Shown here piece by piece: positions 15,334 to 30,093 of a stretch of 64,000 nt of DNA. The number at the start of each line of letters is the position of its first letter. Position 1 is the stretch's first letter. Location: contig OZ024747.1 in NCBI GenBank assembly GCA_964016885.1, forward strand, positions 14,756,001 to 14,820,000, read 5' to 3'. Source of the stretch: Eledone cirrhosa. Its lineage: Eukaryota. The notes under the pieces are model-generated. The model was not told where the DNA came from. It ran no database searches and saw only the letters and a list, made by a program, of their open reading frames with translations. The position numbers and the translations under genes are program-made.

Positions 15334-15611
15334 ATAAATCGGGAAAGAAGAGTGACATGGTTTGCTATACAAAAATGGTTTTTAATCTCATTGCTGACAA
15401 TTGTTTCTCTGAACTGGTAGGTCACTCTTCTTTCCCGATTTATTATTACTCCAAGTGTTTACAACATAGGAATTACAGCGTACTCGCAGCATCACTATGG
15501 AAACGCCTTGTTGAGTCAAACTTAGCCAAGCGTTGATATCATCCACTACCCGGTGTACCATAACTGGACTACACCTAAGTGGACTGCATATAACAATTAT
15601 TTGTTACCCCG

Positions 15612-15612
<1 letters not shown>
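15326..15612. mobile_element. Fold-back element between (TA)n tracts (arms about 15329-15356 and 15421-15448, plus tail)
   Basis: ataataaatcgggaaagaagagtgac is inverted at 15421; spacer contains gacaattgtttc (minus GAAACAATTGTC). Tail shares ttgttgagtcaaac..agcc..cgtt..atccac with 28800-28965. Confidence 0.6.
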
Positions 15613-15639
<27 letters not shown>

Positions 15640-15643
<4 letters not shown>

Positions 15644-15672
15644 TTGGTCTCGTAGCAAAACATTTCGTATTT

Positions 15673-15722
<50 letters not shown>

Positions 15723-15757
15723 CTAAATACGAAATGTTTTGCTACGAGACCAATTAA
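15640..15757. repeat. Inverted repeat with (TA)n spacer
   Basis: ttaattggtctcgtagcaaaacatttcgtattta ... taaatacgaaatgttttgctacgagaccaattaa. Confidence 0.9.
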
Positions 15758-17052
15758 TTTTATACTTGGCAGTTTTCAATATCATTTTTATTGTATTCTT
15801 TCATTGGTTTAAAGTAACACATTTTTTCTTGTTTGTGATATTTCGTTGGTTAAATCGATACCAGTAGTTGACTGTCATTGATTTCCTTAACGATCACATA
15901 TTATTCGTACTGTGGTTTAATCAGAACTGAGAACTTTAGGAAGGGAAGGAAATATTACATGTCATTTTCTCTGATGGTCTATACAATTTGTAGTGGGCAG
16001 GTGCATTACCAATCATGATACAAATATATTCAAATGATAAGGAAGCAGGCAATGAGGACAGGCGATTAAATAAACCCGGTACTTGACAAATTGACTGGTA
16101 CGTTATTTTGACCAAGGTCAAATTAAAAGCAATGTTGACCTAAACAGGATTTGAAATCACATCTAGAACCCGAATAAATAAGGAAAGGTATTTTATTAGA
16201 CATTCTCCTAATTATTCTAAAAATTAACTCTAATATAGACTCTCATTTAAAAAAAAATGTTGATGATTATATCATTCCGTTATTTCCCTACCACACATGC
16301 GTACCAAATAAGAAGCCACCCCCTATGCTCGATCGACCAGTTAAAAATATCCTTAGAACACAACCGACTCTTTCAGAACAAGTTTCGTTAGATAATGAAG
16401 TCATAGGAAATCGATGTGATAGTTATGGCTGGATATTTATGAAATCATTACAAAAGTCAAGAAATGTGTATATGGTTTTGTCTCCATAATTTTTTTATTA
16501 AATAAATGTTTGGGCAGAGGTGGTGTTAGTAGATTTTACTTTTATATACATCTTAAGCGATTTACCTACACAAAACCACCCACCTTTCTAGGAACGTGGT
16601 CGGTTTGGTCACAATAGAAGATACAATTTCTACAAAAACAAAAAAGCTTTAAAACCAGACCAATAGAGTACAAAATTATGGAGCGATTTAAAATACGTTG
16701 TATCAAGATAAATGCAAATAATTACAAAATAGAAAACAATGCTTCAATATACATTTATATATAAATAGATAGAAAATTCAAAATAATATACAAAACGCTT
16801 ATTCGGTTATATAGTTCATGTATAAGCAGAAGGTCACAAATTCCTAGTTAGTTGGAAAGAAACAGTGGATTAAATCGATCTGCAATAATTTATTTTATGG
16901 TAAATTATTTTATCGATTACAAAAGGATGAAAGGAAAAGTCGACCTTGTCGAGAGCATAGGGAGGAAGGAGAGGAATAATTAGAAGATTGAAACCTGATG
17001 AGGAAGATGATGAAGATAATGATGATGCTCATGATCATGATCATATTGTTCA

Positions 17053-17432
17053 GGTGGATTGGCAGTATCGGTAGAAGGCTGGACGCCATGCTTTGCAGCA
17101 TAGAGTTACGCCCTTTTACGATCTGAGTTCAAATACCGCCGAGGTTAACTTTGCCTTTCATCCTTACGGGGTCGATAAAATAAAGTACCAGTAATGTACT
17201 GAGATAATTGCTGGCCTTGTGCCAAATGTAGAAACAATTATTATAATGTTCAGGTGGATTGGCAGTATCAGTAGAAGGTTGGACGCCAGGTTTTAAAGCA
17301 TAGAGTTAGGCGCCTTTACGATCTGAGTTCAAATCTTAACTTTGCCTTTCCTCCTCTGGGGGGTCGATTAAATAAAGTACCAGTAATGCAATGGGATAAT
17401 TGCTGTCCTTGTGCCAACAAGTAGAAACAATT
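17053..17432 (+). mobile_element. Head-to-tail dimer of Meta-like SINE
   Basis: Copies 17053-17242 and 17253-17432; tgttcaggt occurs before, between and after. Confidence 0.9.
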
Positions 17433-17486
17433 TTTATGATGTTCAGGTCATTATAATGCTGATGATGTGAATGATTGTGATCATGA

Positions 17487-17675
17487 TAATTGTTTCTACT
17501 ATTGGCACAAGGCCAGCAATAACCCAGTACATTACTGGTACTTTATTTTATCGACCCTGTAAGGATGAAAGGCAAAGTTAACCTCGGCGGGATTTGAACT
17601 CAGAATGGCAAGGGCCGTAACTCTATGCGTCAAAAGCATGGCGTCCGACCCTCTACCGAGACTGCCAATTCACCG
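17487..17675 (-). mobile_element. Meta-like SINE, full length
   Basis: Reverse-complement consensus; TSD gatcatgataat. Confidence 0.9.
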
Positions 17676-17862
17676 ATCATGATAATGCCCTCGATAAAGT
17701 CAAGTTAAACACTTCAAAACCAGAAGAAATCATCGGTTATTTATTAATTCCAGGCTCTATATATTATAGTATAGCGGATACCAAAGTAATCTGGTATTGG
17801 ATGAACAGCACTTGATATATAGTATATAGAAGATCTTTTTGTTACATATTCAGCACAGATAC

Positions 17863-18063
17863 TGGTTTCTTATATAGGCACAATTTTGGGGAAAAGGAAA
17901 GTTTATTAAATAAACCCCAGTGCGTGAATGGTACTTTATTTTATCGACCCCATAAGGTTGAAAGGCAAAGTTAATCTCGTTTGAACTCAGAACATAAAGG
18001 GCCGTAACTCTATGCAGCAAAGCATGGCGTCCGACCTTCTACCGACACTGCCAATCCACCACC
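17863..18063 (-). mobile_element. Meta-like SINE, long-tail subfamily
   Basis: Same head and central domain; different 3' segment (ttttggggaaaaggaaagt...ccccagtgcgtga). Confidence 0.85.
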
Positions 18064-18480
18064 CTCTACAATAAGACATAATAAACAACAACATAGTGGT
18101 GTAACAAAGTAAATGATTGTCAAATATATTGTGAATTTGAAATACAGACAAATACTGTATTCTATTCCATATGATTCCTATCTTTATACAGTTAAGAATG
18201 ACATCATCAGATTGCTTAAAACCTAAGGCAATCAACAAAATTACGTCGAAGTAGTATGAACTCCACATCAAAATACATCAATCTAGTATATGCATTCTAT
18301 AAAGAACTATATATATATATATTCGGCCACCTGTGAATATTCTTGACTATTTAATCAACGAATCTCTTATCTTTTCTATAGTAATTACATCGCTATAGTC
18401 CATGGAACCATATTGAAATTGAGATATGTTAGGTGTCATCTTCCGTACATTCTACAAGAACTAAATAACGAAAGCTTTTT

Positions 18481-18850
18481 GTGGGTTGGCAGTATCGGTA
18501 GAAGGTCGGGCGCCATGCTTTGCAGTAAACAGTTACGGCCCTTTATGGTCTGAGTTCAAATCCCACCGAAATTAAATTTGGTTTTCGTCCTTACGTAGTC
18601 GATAAAATAAAGTACCAGTAATACACTGGGATAATTGCTGGCTTTGTGCCAAAAGTAGAAACGAAGCGTCGGATAACATGCTTTATGACATAGAGTGATG
18701 GCTCTTTACGATATATGAGTTCAAATTCTGCCGAGGTTAGATTTGCTTTTCATCGTTACGGGGTCGATAAAATAAAGTACGAGTTAATTTAATCGACTTT
18801 CTCTTTCCCCGAAAATTGTGGGCCTTGTGCCGAAATCAGAAATCGATATT
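18481..18850 (+). mobile_element. Tandem pair of Meta-like SINEs (short-tail then long-tail subfamily)
   Basis: Copies at about 18481-18663 and 18664-18850. Confidence 0.85.
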
Positions 18851-20659
18851 AGTCATTGGCTAATATTTTTCCTCAACACATAATTATATTCTATTTAACA
18901 TGTTAATTATCTCTACTTTGAATATGTTATTTCTAAAGTAACTATATGTTTCTAAGTCTAATGCATTAATTATTCTCTCGAAATAGAACTATGTGAGGAA
19001 ATATTGTTTTTTATTGGAATATAATAGGACATTGTTAAAATTTAAGAAGATCGCGCGAGAAACAATGAGATTGCCCAAGTGTGTAGGTATGGATACTTGT
19101 GTGAATATGTAAGTAAGTGACGCAACTTATAAATGTATGCAAACGTGTGTGATACAATGTTCGCCTTTGTCAATAACATTATTGCTTACTTGTTATTTAG
19201 TCATAACTTAGTCATGAACGAGGATGCGTATCACCATATAATTTCTTGCAAGTTTATTCACGTACATTAAATATTTGCTACAAATTTATATTTCGTATTT
19301 TCTTGAATACTTTCATATTTCAATCACTCAAAAACATGGACGTCTCTTTCGAGGCAAGCGCATAGTTTCACATATACAGACATATACGCAGACACCCGCA
19401 GTCACCGAAGCAATTCTGAACTAGTCTATAATATGTATGAACATGTTTACGCAAGACTTTATGCATAATACATGCATGTATGTATGCATATATATATATA
19501 TATATACATATACACACACAGACAAATATGCATATACATATATATATATATAAATATATATATATATATGTGTGTGTGTGTATGTGTGTATGTATATGTG
19601 TGTGTGTGTGTGTGTGTGCATGTTCGTGTGCGTGTGTATATGTGCATGAATATATACATATATATTTCCACGCATATATACATATGTAACGATGACTGAG
19701 TCGCGCTGTACATGCCGTTATTCAACGCAAACAAGGGATATTAGTTGTTAGTTCTCTATGCTCTGACACCTGTGTGTCGTAGATAAGATCTTGAAAAGCC
19801 ATTGAATTAAATAATCGGAAAACAAACTCTCAATCCCATTTTTTATTTCATCTTCCACATGAACTTAAAAAGGCTCCATTTTACAATTAAGAAATTACAA
19901 AGCGAAACGTGTAATTAAAAACGATAGGAATTCAGACCCTCAAAATATTTCACGCGATGGGTTTTACAAAAGAGGGAGATGGGGCGCGGATTCTAATGAA
20001 AAACCAGCGGGAAGGAAAATATTACACAGTGAAAGAGGCCTTGACGTACATGTGCGTAATTGATTATTTGGTAATGTGTCTGGTAGCATGTACGTTAGTG
20101 TTTATTAGTTTTATTATTGTTATAGAAACACCTCCCTATTTCATTGTACAGGCAACAACTAATATAAAAGTGGTGCGCATTTAGAGTTCTTCTGTTTGTG
20201 TGAGTGAGTGTCAGTGTGTGCTTACGCCCAGGTGTTAAAGGAAAACACGTGTGTATTTGTCAGGGGCACTGAACAGTGGAAATAGGAAAAAGGAAGAAAG
20301 TTTTTCGAAGGTGGAAAAATCCAACTGACAAATGTAGACGTTACACATTGAATGATATTTCATAATTCTTTTCAATTTAAATTATTATTAAAGAAAAACT
20401 GGTGGGTGTGGTGTTTATAAAAAGTAGTCGCTATAACTAGAAATATAGCTGAGAATGCAGGTGAGACACTAAACTGTTCTAAAGAAATTGATTTTACATA
20501 ATTAAAATGCTTCAAGGATAGGTCATGCAATGGTTGGAACATTTTACGGATATAATTTTATAAGCAAAATAAAACTTCACGATATTTTATTAAATAGATT
20601 CAAATTAACTACCGTAAATCATCGCCCACTTTCTATGTTCATCACAACGAAGAAAGAGC

Positions 20660-20753
<94 letters not shown>

Positions 20754-21435
20754 ATATATAATCGTTTTGGGTATATAACTTTATGGAAGCGCATAATATA
20801 ACGTTCACAAAATACCGTGGTACAACAGAATTGGAAAACGACTGATACGATTCTTGTTTTCTTCTTTCCTAAAATCAGTTTTTGTATACAGGTAGTAACA
20901 ATGAGTCCAAACAATCTGAAACCGATGTATTTACCAAACACCTGTTTAACTATGTTAAATAGGCAAGATGGGGATGGGAGAAATCTACGCTAGAAACAAC
21001 ACACTAATCAGGTTTAACATACGTTAGCGTCTTTATAAAAGATGAGCATTTTCATGGACATTTTTTACGGATAGTTTTTATTGACATGCTTAAAAAGACT
21101 GGATGGTCTATGCTAGAAAATCTTTGATTATATGCCTACTTTACCACTGCTGAATTGGGTTGAATCGACAAATCTATTGCAATAACAAGATTCTTGGGAA
21201 AAATATGTTTTATTATTGTTCCCCTTGATAGAGCCGATATGATCAAAGAGTTTCAGCCGGATCCCTCCTATCCTTTTCCTTTTCTATGTTCATGACTATA
21301 TTATACAAAGCTTTCTGAGTTTTTCAATATAGTGCGGAATATGATTTCACTTGTCCTTCTCTTATATGTAGCTTATACATGAACGTCGATACACTCCACA
21401 CACAATTTGCAATATTTTGCTTCTGCTAAACATTA

Positions 21436-21621
21436 TTGGCAGAATCGGTAGAGCGTCGGACAACATGCTTTGTAGCATAGAGTTATATCCCTTCACGTTC
21501 TGAGTTCTAATCCCGCCGCGGATAACTTTGCCGCTCATCCATACGGAGTCAATAAAATAAAGCACCAGTAATACACTGGGAGTAATTACTGGCCTTGTGT
21601 CAAAAAGTAGAAACAATTATT
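21436..21621 (+). mobile_element. Meta-like SINE, diverged
   Basis: ttggcagaatcggtagagcgtcggac...gtagaaacaattatt. Confidence 0.85.
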
Positions 21622-22593
21622 ACGACAATAGGTACAAGCGTTGGATTCATCAGACATAAGATTTGCAGTATTCTGTTACTTAACAGGATTTTCATTTTAA
21701 GAAATCGATACTTCTCATGAAAGTTTTTCGTGCAAATATGCAAAGGTGATTTCCCGTTGCCATGTTTCGATTATGGTTACAAAGAGCATAATGTCAACAA
21801 AAAGCAAGCAACTGTGCCTCACCTTCCGGGTTAATCAGAATGTAAAGAGCCGAAACATAGACCACAGAGCAAGAGTACAGAGTCCGAACAATTATGTAAA
21901 TCTACCATTCTAGACTGAATGGTGGATTGACGTTACTTTATTTCTATCGATCGCGGAAGGATGAAAAGCAAATTATCGCATCTACCTTTGGTGCAAATCC
22001 TTCGACTTTTCTTTCATGAGCATGTGTCAAACGTAGAACTATGCATGCACTCGTAGACATATCAACGGATAAAAGTATTGAGCAACGTGATAAATAAAAT
22101 TTTCTTATCACATAATATTTATGAGAAGTCATCTTATATGCTCACTTTTTCATAATACATTCAACTGCCGTAGGCAAATTCTCGTCCGTTTTCAGCAGCC
22201 AACATTCTTCCCTAAGTCTACATGTTCAATAAAATGGGACTTTATATAGGCAAGAATATATAAAGAATAAAGGAATGAATGATTGAACTGTGTTTGAATT
22301 AGCTTTCATACAAAATGAACTTTCTCTTTCCTATATAGTAAGAGCCAATAATTGCCTCTGGCTTTAAATTTGGTTGTGGGATACATAAAATGAAATGTTG
22401 AAATCTAATAACAATACTTATCATAGCCTCAAGTATGTAGATATCACTCCCTTCCTCTTGGAAGATATTAAACCCAATATGTTTAAACAAATTTCTTTAA
22501 AAGTTTTAACACTCTTTCAATTCCTTCAAATTGCAAATAATAGAATATTACAAAGTCTTTTATAATTAAATACCCAATATTAAATAAAAATAT

Positions 22594-22895
22594 GTCACTG
22601 GCACTCCACCGGTTACGATGACGAGTCTTCAGTTGACTCGATCGCTGGAACATGCATGTGGCTGAGTATTGTACAAACACATGTGTCCATAACGTTGTTC
22701 TCAGGGAGATTCAGCTTGACAGAGAATATGACGAGACTGGCCTTTCAAATTACAACTCATTTCTGCCTGCTGGATGGAGTGGAGCAAATTAAAATAATGT
22801 ATCTTGCTCAAGGACACAACGCACCCCTTGGAATCGAACTAACCACGTTACAATCATGAGTAGCTTTCCCTAACAACTAAGCCACGTGCTTTCAC
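22594..22895 (-). mobile_element. Diverged tRNA-CORE-like SINE
   Basis: cttgctcaaggacacaacgc and ggaatcgaact (minus B box gttcgattcc) as in 29632-29846 and 49187-49395; different 3' part. Confidence 0.65.
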
Positions 22896-22929
22896 AAGAC
22901 ACATGTCACATACATGCACATATATATTC

Positions 22930-22961
<32 letters not shown>

Positions 22962-23299
22962 ATTGTGTATGTGTGTATTGTGTATGCCTGTATGTGTGTG
23001 TGTGCGTACGTGTGTGTGTGTGTTAGCGCGTATGTCTCTGTATATAGATCAATATGAGACAGAAAAAGCGTGGACAAGGGTGTCTGCATGAATCGTATGA
23101 CATGTCTGCCGCATATCGTATAGCTGGAATAATTGTTAAACTAAAGCAAGCTGAGCAACGTCTCACCACAGGAGGTGGAATGTCTCTATCAAGCGCAGTC
23201 GTCCCTGACCACTTCACTTTCTATTACCAACGGTAAATTACGCGATATATATGAATATTTATAATTATTATAGGCACTGTAGCGCTTTTTCATAAATAA

Positions 23300-23806
<507 letters not shown>

Positions 23807-24182
23807 GGAAATTGTTCAAGACCTTGAGACCCCGTCGGCAGACCTGAGGCCGTTTCGACGGCTATTTCTGGACTAAATTAGATTTTTAGCGTGGTAATAA
23901 ATAGCTGAACTTTTCAAGGGAAAATTCCATATATGGGAAGAATGTAGTTGACAAAAGGATTGGTCAACATTTCTTGTAAACACAATTGAATCTTTCATAT
24001 CAGTGGGCTAACTTGCCTGTACAACAATGAAGGAAAGGGTGGAGCCGGTCAATCGTTGAAATGAATTCTATACAACAAATTCTAAGGAGTGTGGATGAAA
24101 TTAGGCTAGATAGAAAGCAGGCGAAAAAAGAATTCAGGGGCGTTATGGTCTACCTGGTTCCTTACTACACTTCCTTCGTTAT
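23807..24182. mobile_element. (TA)n-flanked element, family with gccgtcgaaacggc hairpin (also 35578-35730, 36421-36648, 41230-41285, tail at 27840-27910)
   Basis: Shared gaccccg.cggcag...gccgtttcgacggctatttctggact and shared tail gcgttatggtc.a.ctggt.cctta. Confidence 0.7.
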
Positions 24183-24190
24183 ATATTTAT

Positions 24191-24270
<80 letters not shown>

Positions 24271-24404
24271 AGTATATGTTGGGTGTTTACCGACACCCAG
24301 TATGCAGATTTGAGCACTCGACGAAGTACGCAGGTTGGTTTGTTTACTCAGGAGTAATGTAAAATAATGTAAAATAATTATTTTATATATATATATATAT
24401 ATAT

Positions 24405-24977
24405 ATTGTTATACTTTGGGAGGGTCATGTTGCCAATAAGAAACACACGCACCAGTTGCTTTCACTTCAATTTATTATATATTTATAAATTTATAAATTT
24501 ACAAATTTATAAGTTTCTGGTTGGTTGGTTGGTTCCACAACCAGATAGTTGTTTATATATAGTCATAGTTATTTCGTCACACACTCTGTGACCTATTCAG
24601 TGACTGGGGCTTCCTTTCTTTGTTTCTGTGCCTCTCCTTTGTTCTGTCCTACGCCATTTGTTTCAGAAACAAAATGGCGTAGGACAGAACAAAGGAGAGG
24701 CACAGAAACAAAGAAAGGAATCCCCAGTCACTGAAGAGGTCACAGAGTATGTGACGAAAGAACTATGACTATATATAAACAACTATCTGGTTGTGGAACC
24801 CACCAACCAGAAACTTATAAATTTGTAAACTTATAAATTTATAAATATATAATAAATTGAAGTGAAACAACTGGTGCGTGTGTTTCTTATTGGCAACATG
24901 ACCCTCCCAAAGTATAACAATATCGGTTTCAACACACGATTTCAGATAAAGAATCTTGCTAAACAAATTCAGAAATG

Positions 24978-24980
<3 letters not shown>
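24405..24980. mobile_element. Near-perfect palindromic element (about 255-bp arms) plus tail, (TA)n-flanked, with hammerhead ribozyme
   Basis: 24405-24664 vs 24666-24922 are reverse complements with a few substitutions; unique tail 24923-24980. Confidence 0.85.
24726..24770 (+). ncRNA. Minimal type I hammerhead ribozyme
   Basis: AGTCA-CTGAAGA-G-GTCAC-agagtat-GTGAC-GAAA-gaac-TA^-TGACT; stems I and II perfect. Confidence 0.8.
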
Positions 24981-25019
<39 letters not shown>

Positions 25020-25046
25020 ATATATGTATATATATATATGTATGTA

Positions 25047-25123
<77 letters not shown>

Positions 25124-25160
25124 ATATATATATGTATATATATATATATGTATGTATATA

Positions 25161-25223
<63 letters not shown>

Positions 25224-25251
25224 ATATATATGTATATATATATATATATAT

Positions 25252-25781
25252 ATATGAAAAAGTTTGTCCTCATCAGTGGCCTTCCAACCGTCGTAGGCAT
25301 TTCGTCGAATTAAAGGCCATATACCTCAGGTTGGTGCGAGCAACGGCTAAAAAAGTCGTTGGGACCCGTAAATAAGGGGGACGCTAGGGTAAACAAACAA
25401 AATGGTTTAAGCAACAGAAAGTGATGAGAAGAAAGAAACAAGTCCCAGATTTCTATGAATATAAATTCGGTGGAATCGTGAACGAGAGAATAGGTTTGAT
25501 GGTCTTTATTCTCTCGTTCACGATTCCACCGAATTTATATTCATAGAAATCTGGGACTTGTTTCTTTCTTCTCATCACTTTCTGTTGCTTAAACCATTTT
25601 GTTTGTTTACCCTAGCGTCCCCCTTGTTTACGTGTCCCAACAACTTTTTTTAGCCGTTGCTCGCACCAACCTGAGGTATATGGCCTTTAATGCGACGAAA
25701 TGCCTACGACGGTTGGAAGGCCACTGATGAGGACAAACTTTTTCATATGTAACCCATTTGCAGCGCCGCAGCTCCATTATT

Positions 25782-25785
<4 letters not shown>
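25252..25785. mobile_element. Near-perfect palindromic element (about 240-bp arms) plus tail, (TA)n-flanked
   Basis: 25252-25493 vs 25508-25748 reverse complementary; tail 25749-25785; contains CTGATGAG near 25724. Confidence 0.85.
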
Positions 25786-25845
<60 letters not shown>

Positions 25846-25944
25846 AATATATATATATATATATGAACTGGCTAGTACTTAGTACTACCCTCCATATTAA
25901 TAATTATATATAAACCATATATATAAGTATAAATATTATTATAA

Positions 25945-26033
<89 letters not shown>

Positions 26034-26044
26034 TGTATACTTAC

Positions 26045-26120
26045 CTCTGATCTGCATGCGTAATGCTGAGAACGTTTGGTGCGTGTATATATTTGACATT
26101 TTTTTAGTCGTGGGAAACTT
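26045..26120 (-). other. Candidate isolated exon (76 nt)
   Basis: Minus acceptor tttgcttgcatttcag and donor AG|GTAAGT; two frames open; no recognisable protein. Confidence 0.3.
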
Positions 26121-26525
26121 CTGAAATGCAAGCAAATCTGCTTAATGATGCTTGACGGATGTCCCAGGTCTATTTATGACTGAGCTAATTCAATGCATAC
26201 AGTATTTCTTTATTAAACAATATAATCGTAAAGAATGCTATTACATAAATGATTAAAACATTTCCCCTTTTCAACAATTTCTCCATTATTTAGTCATTTT
26301 CCCACAATGTCAGAAGAAAGCTGGAGAAAAAAAATCATTTGAAATCAAAATGAAAGAAAAAATCAGCAAACCATTGAAAAGTTTATATCCGTAAAGGAAA
26401 CTGTTGTAAAGATCAACGTTGAAAGAAATATTTATTTTTGAATGTTGAGTATTGTAGATTGAAGAAAGATATATACAATTGTAAACACAATAGGTATTAC
26501 CTTATTATATAGATGTTAATACACA

Positions 26526-27075
<550 letters not shown>

Positions 27076-27132
27076 TAACAGATTAAAGCTTAAGCAAATT
27101 TATTATTATTATTACTATATATTATATATATA

Positions 27133-27322
27133 GGGCGGTGGATTGGCGGTATCGGTAGAGGGTCGGACGCCATGCTTTCCAGCATAGTTACGTCCCTTTA
27201 CGATCTGAGTTCAAATCCCGCCGAGGTTGACTTTGCCTTTCATCCTTACGGGGTCGATAAAATAAATTACCAGTAATGCACTGGGTGATTGCTGGCCTTG
27301 TGCCTAAAGTAGAAACAATTAT
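27133..27322 (+). mobile_element. Meta-like SINE, full length
   Basis: Consensus-like copy; flanking direct repeat attattactatata. Confidence 0.9.
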
Positions 27323-27965
27323 TACTATATATATATATATATATCTCTCTCTATATATATATATGTATGCATATATATATGGAAGTCTGTGTATATCATG
27401 TTATATTATATTGTGTTATATTATGCGATATTATGTTATCCTACTTGGCGTATTGGCGAAAACGAGTTTAATAATGGTCCCGTCCACTCCGTTTTCGAAA
27501 CCAGAATGATTTTACAAGTAGACAAACTGCTATTCAAGGTAACCACGTCTGTCTACCTGTTTTTATACATACTACTGGACGGCCTGTGATTCTCCTGAGA
27601 CACCCTGCCCTTTAACGGGCTTATTTTTCGCACTCACGGTTGCCACGAAACACCCATTTCACCAAGGAAGCTTGGTGGGTTTGTGCTATACCCTGCGACC
27701 GCCTAATCATGTGACCCTCGATACATGGTTAGAGTTTACATGTAGAGCTCCATATCGACCTGACATAACCATACATAAATACATGCATATATGCAAACGA
27801 CCTACATGCATATATATGCATATGCATAAGGGCACACCTAACAAAGAGGGTGTGGTAAGATTCCAGGTGGACCATAACGCACCAGAGAACTCGATATTTG
27901 GGGTAGTCCTAAATCTTTTCATATATATATACGTAGATATATACATATATGTAAATATATATCAT

Positions 27966-28110
<145 letters not shown>

Positions 28111-28212
28111 TTATATATGTATATATGTATGCTTATATATGTATATATGTATGCTTATATATGTATATATGTATATATACATATACATATATATATACAT
28201 ATATATATATAT

Positions 28213-28248
<36 letters not shown>

Positions 28249-28457
28249 CTAGAAGTGGTTACACAACAGTTAATTCACCATACCTAGAACAATTGTTTCA
28301 CCTTACCGAATCCTCAGCTCGTAGCGGGCTGAGGATCCGGTAAGGTGAAACAATTGTTCTCGGTATGGTGAACTAACTGTTGTGTAACCACTTCTACCTA
28401 ACTTGTCCCATGGACTGAGTGGATTACCACTACGGATATTAACTTCCACTGTTCTAC

Positions 28458-28460
<3 letters not shown>
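28249..28460. mobile_element. Palindromic element (about 70-bp arms) plus tail with minimal hammerhead; tail homolog at 51105-51158 (minus)
   Basis: tagaagtggtt...ctcagc vs gctgag...aaccacttcta; tail ccatggactgagt..taccac.acggatatt...gttctaccacta shared. Confidence 0.8.
28325..28362 (+). ncRNA. Minimal type I hammerhead ribozyme candidate
   Basis: CGGG-CTGAGGA-tcc ggtaa ggt-GAAAC-AATT-GTT^-CTCG; palindromic stem III. Confidence 0.7.
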
Positions 28461-28496
<36 letters not shown>

Positions 28497-28499
<3 letters not shown>

Positions 28500-28965
28500 G
28501 GAAAGATTGATGAATAACATGGTTGGCTGTACAACAAGGGTTTTATTTACAGTATTAACAATTGTTTCATTGATCAAATAAGTCTAAAGGCCGCTAACCA
28601 TTAGAAATTATGTCACTCGATCTTAAATACAGTGTGTGTCTCTGATCAAATCATCGGAATATTCCGATGAATATATCGGAATTACATACTGTATTTAAGG
28701 TCGAGTGACGCAAATTCCAGTGATTAACGGAATTAACAATTGTTAATACTGAAAATAAAACCCTTTTTGTACAGCTAACCATGTTATTCTTCACTCTTTA
28801 ACTATTATTACCTCAAGAATCACCTGCATAGGTAATCTCGTAAACTCGCCACCTAACTAAGGAAGCTTATTGTTGAGTCAAACAAAGCCGCACGTTAAAA
28901 CTATCCACCTTACAGAGTACTCACAACATCTAACTGGATTACCTTAAACGATAACTTATTATCCT
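28497..28965. mobile_element. Diverged fold-back element plus tail with long-stem-II hammerhead remnant
   Basis: Arms 28497-28660 and 28661-28800, centred on tcatcggaatattccgatga. Minus strand of left arm: CCGATGA-ttgatca...tgatcaa-t-GAAACAATTGTT-aatact. Confidence 0.65.
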
Positions 28966-28977
28966 ATATATATATAT

Positions 28978-29037
<60 letters not shown>

Positions 29038-29287
29038 TGAGGGGAGAGAGAGAGAGACATATTACGTGAATATATATATTGAAATACATCAATGTCTAGA
29101 CGAAGATCGTAAAATATTGAAAAGGAATTGAAATACAGAAAATTAGAGTGTAGGAAGTAGGGAAGAATGAATATTGAGACAGTCAAAATGAATAAGGAAT
29201 ACGTACAAAATTTTGAATGGCTTCACCTATTTCAATCTTTATCTTTTGCATTGACAATCCTGTCAAAATTCTAAGCATATATATACG

Positions 29288-29321
<34 letters not shown>

Positions 29322-29413
29322 TATATTTATATACATATATATATATATATATATACATATATATATTTATATACATATATACATATATATATATATACAT
29401 ATATATCTATACA

Positions 29414-29447
<34 letters not shown>

Positions 29448-29495
29448 CATATATATATCTATACATATATATATATATATATACATATATATATT

Positions 29496-29539
<44 letters not shown>

Positions 29540-29568
29540 TATATTTATATACATATATATATCTATAC

Positions 29569-29623
<55 letters not shown>

Positions 29624-29631
29624 CATATAGA

Positions 29632-29845
29632 GGAACGATCGACTTTCGTCAAATCGGACCGAGGGAACAATGTTTCCGTTGGTCTTTCCAATTGCTAATA
29701 CTATCTATCGGTCGCAACTCCAGGTAGAAGGAGCAACGTGAAATCAAGTGTCTTGCTCAAGGACATAACGCGTCGCCTGGTCCAGGAATCGAACTCACAA
29801 CCTTACGATTGCGAATCCAATTCTCTAACCACTCAGCCACACGCC

Positions 29846-29846
<1 letters not shown>
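29632..29846 (-). mobile_element. tRNA-CORE-like SINE
   Basis: Reverse complement of 49187-49395; tRNA head with A and B boxes, then tgtccttgagcaagacac. Confidence 0.85.
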
Positions 29847-29883
<37 letters not shown>

Positions 29884-29934
29884 TACATATATATATATAC
29901 ATATATATACATATATACATATATATATATATAC

Positions 29935-30093
<159 letters not shown>

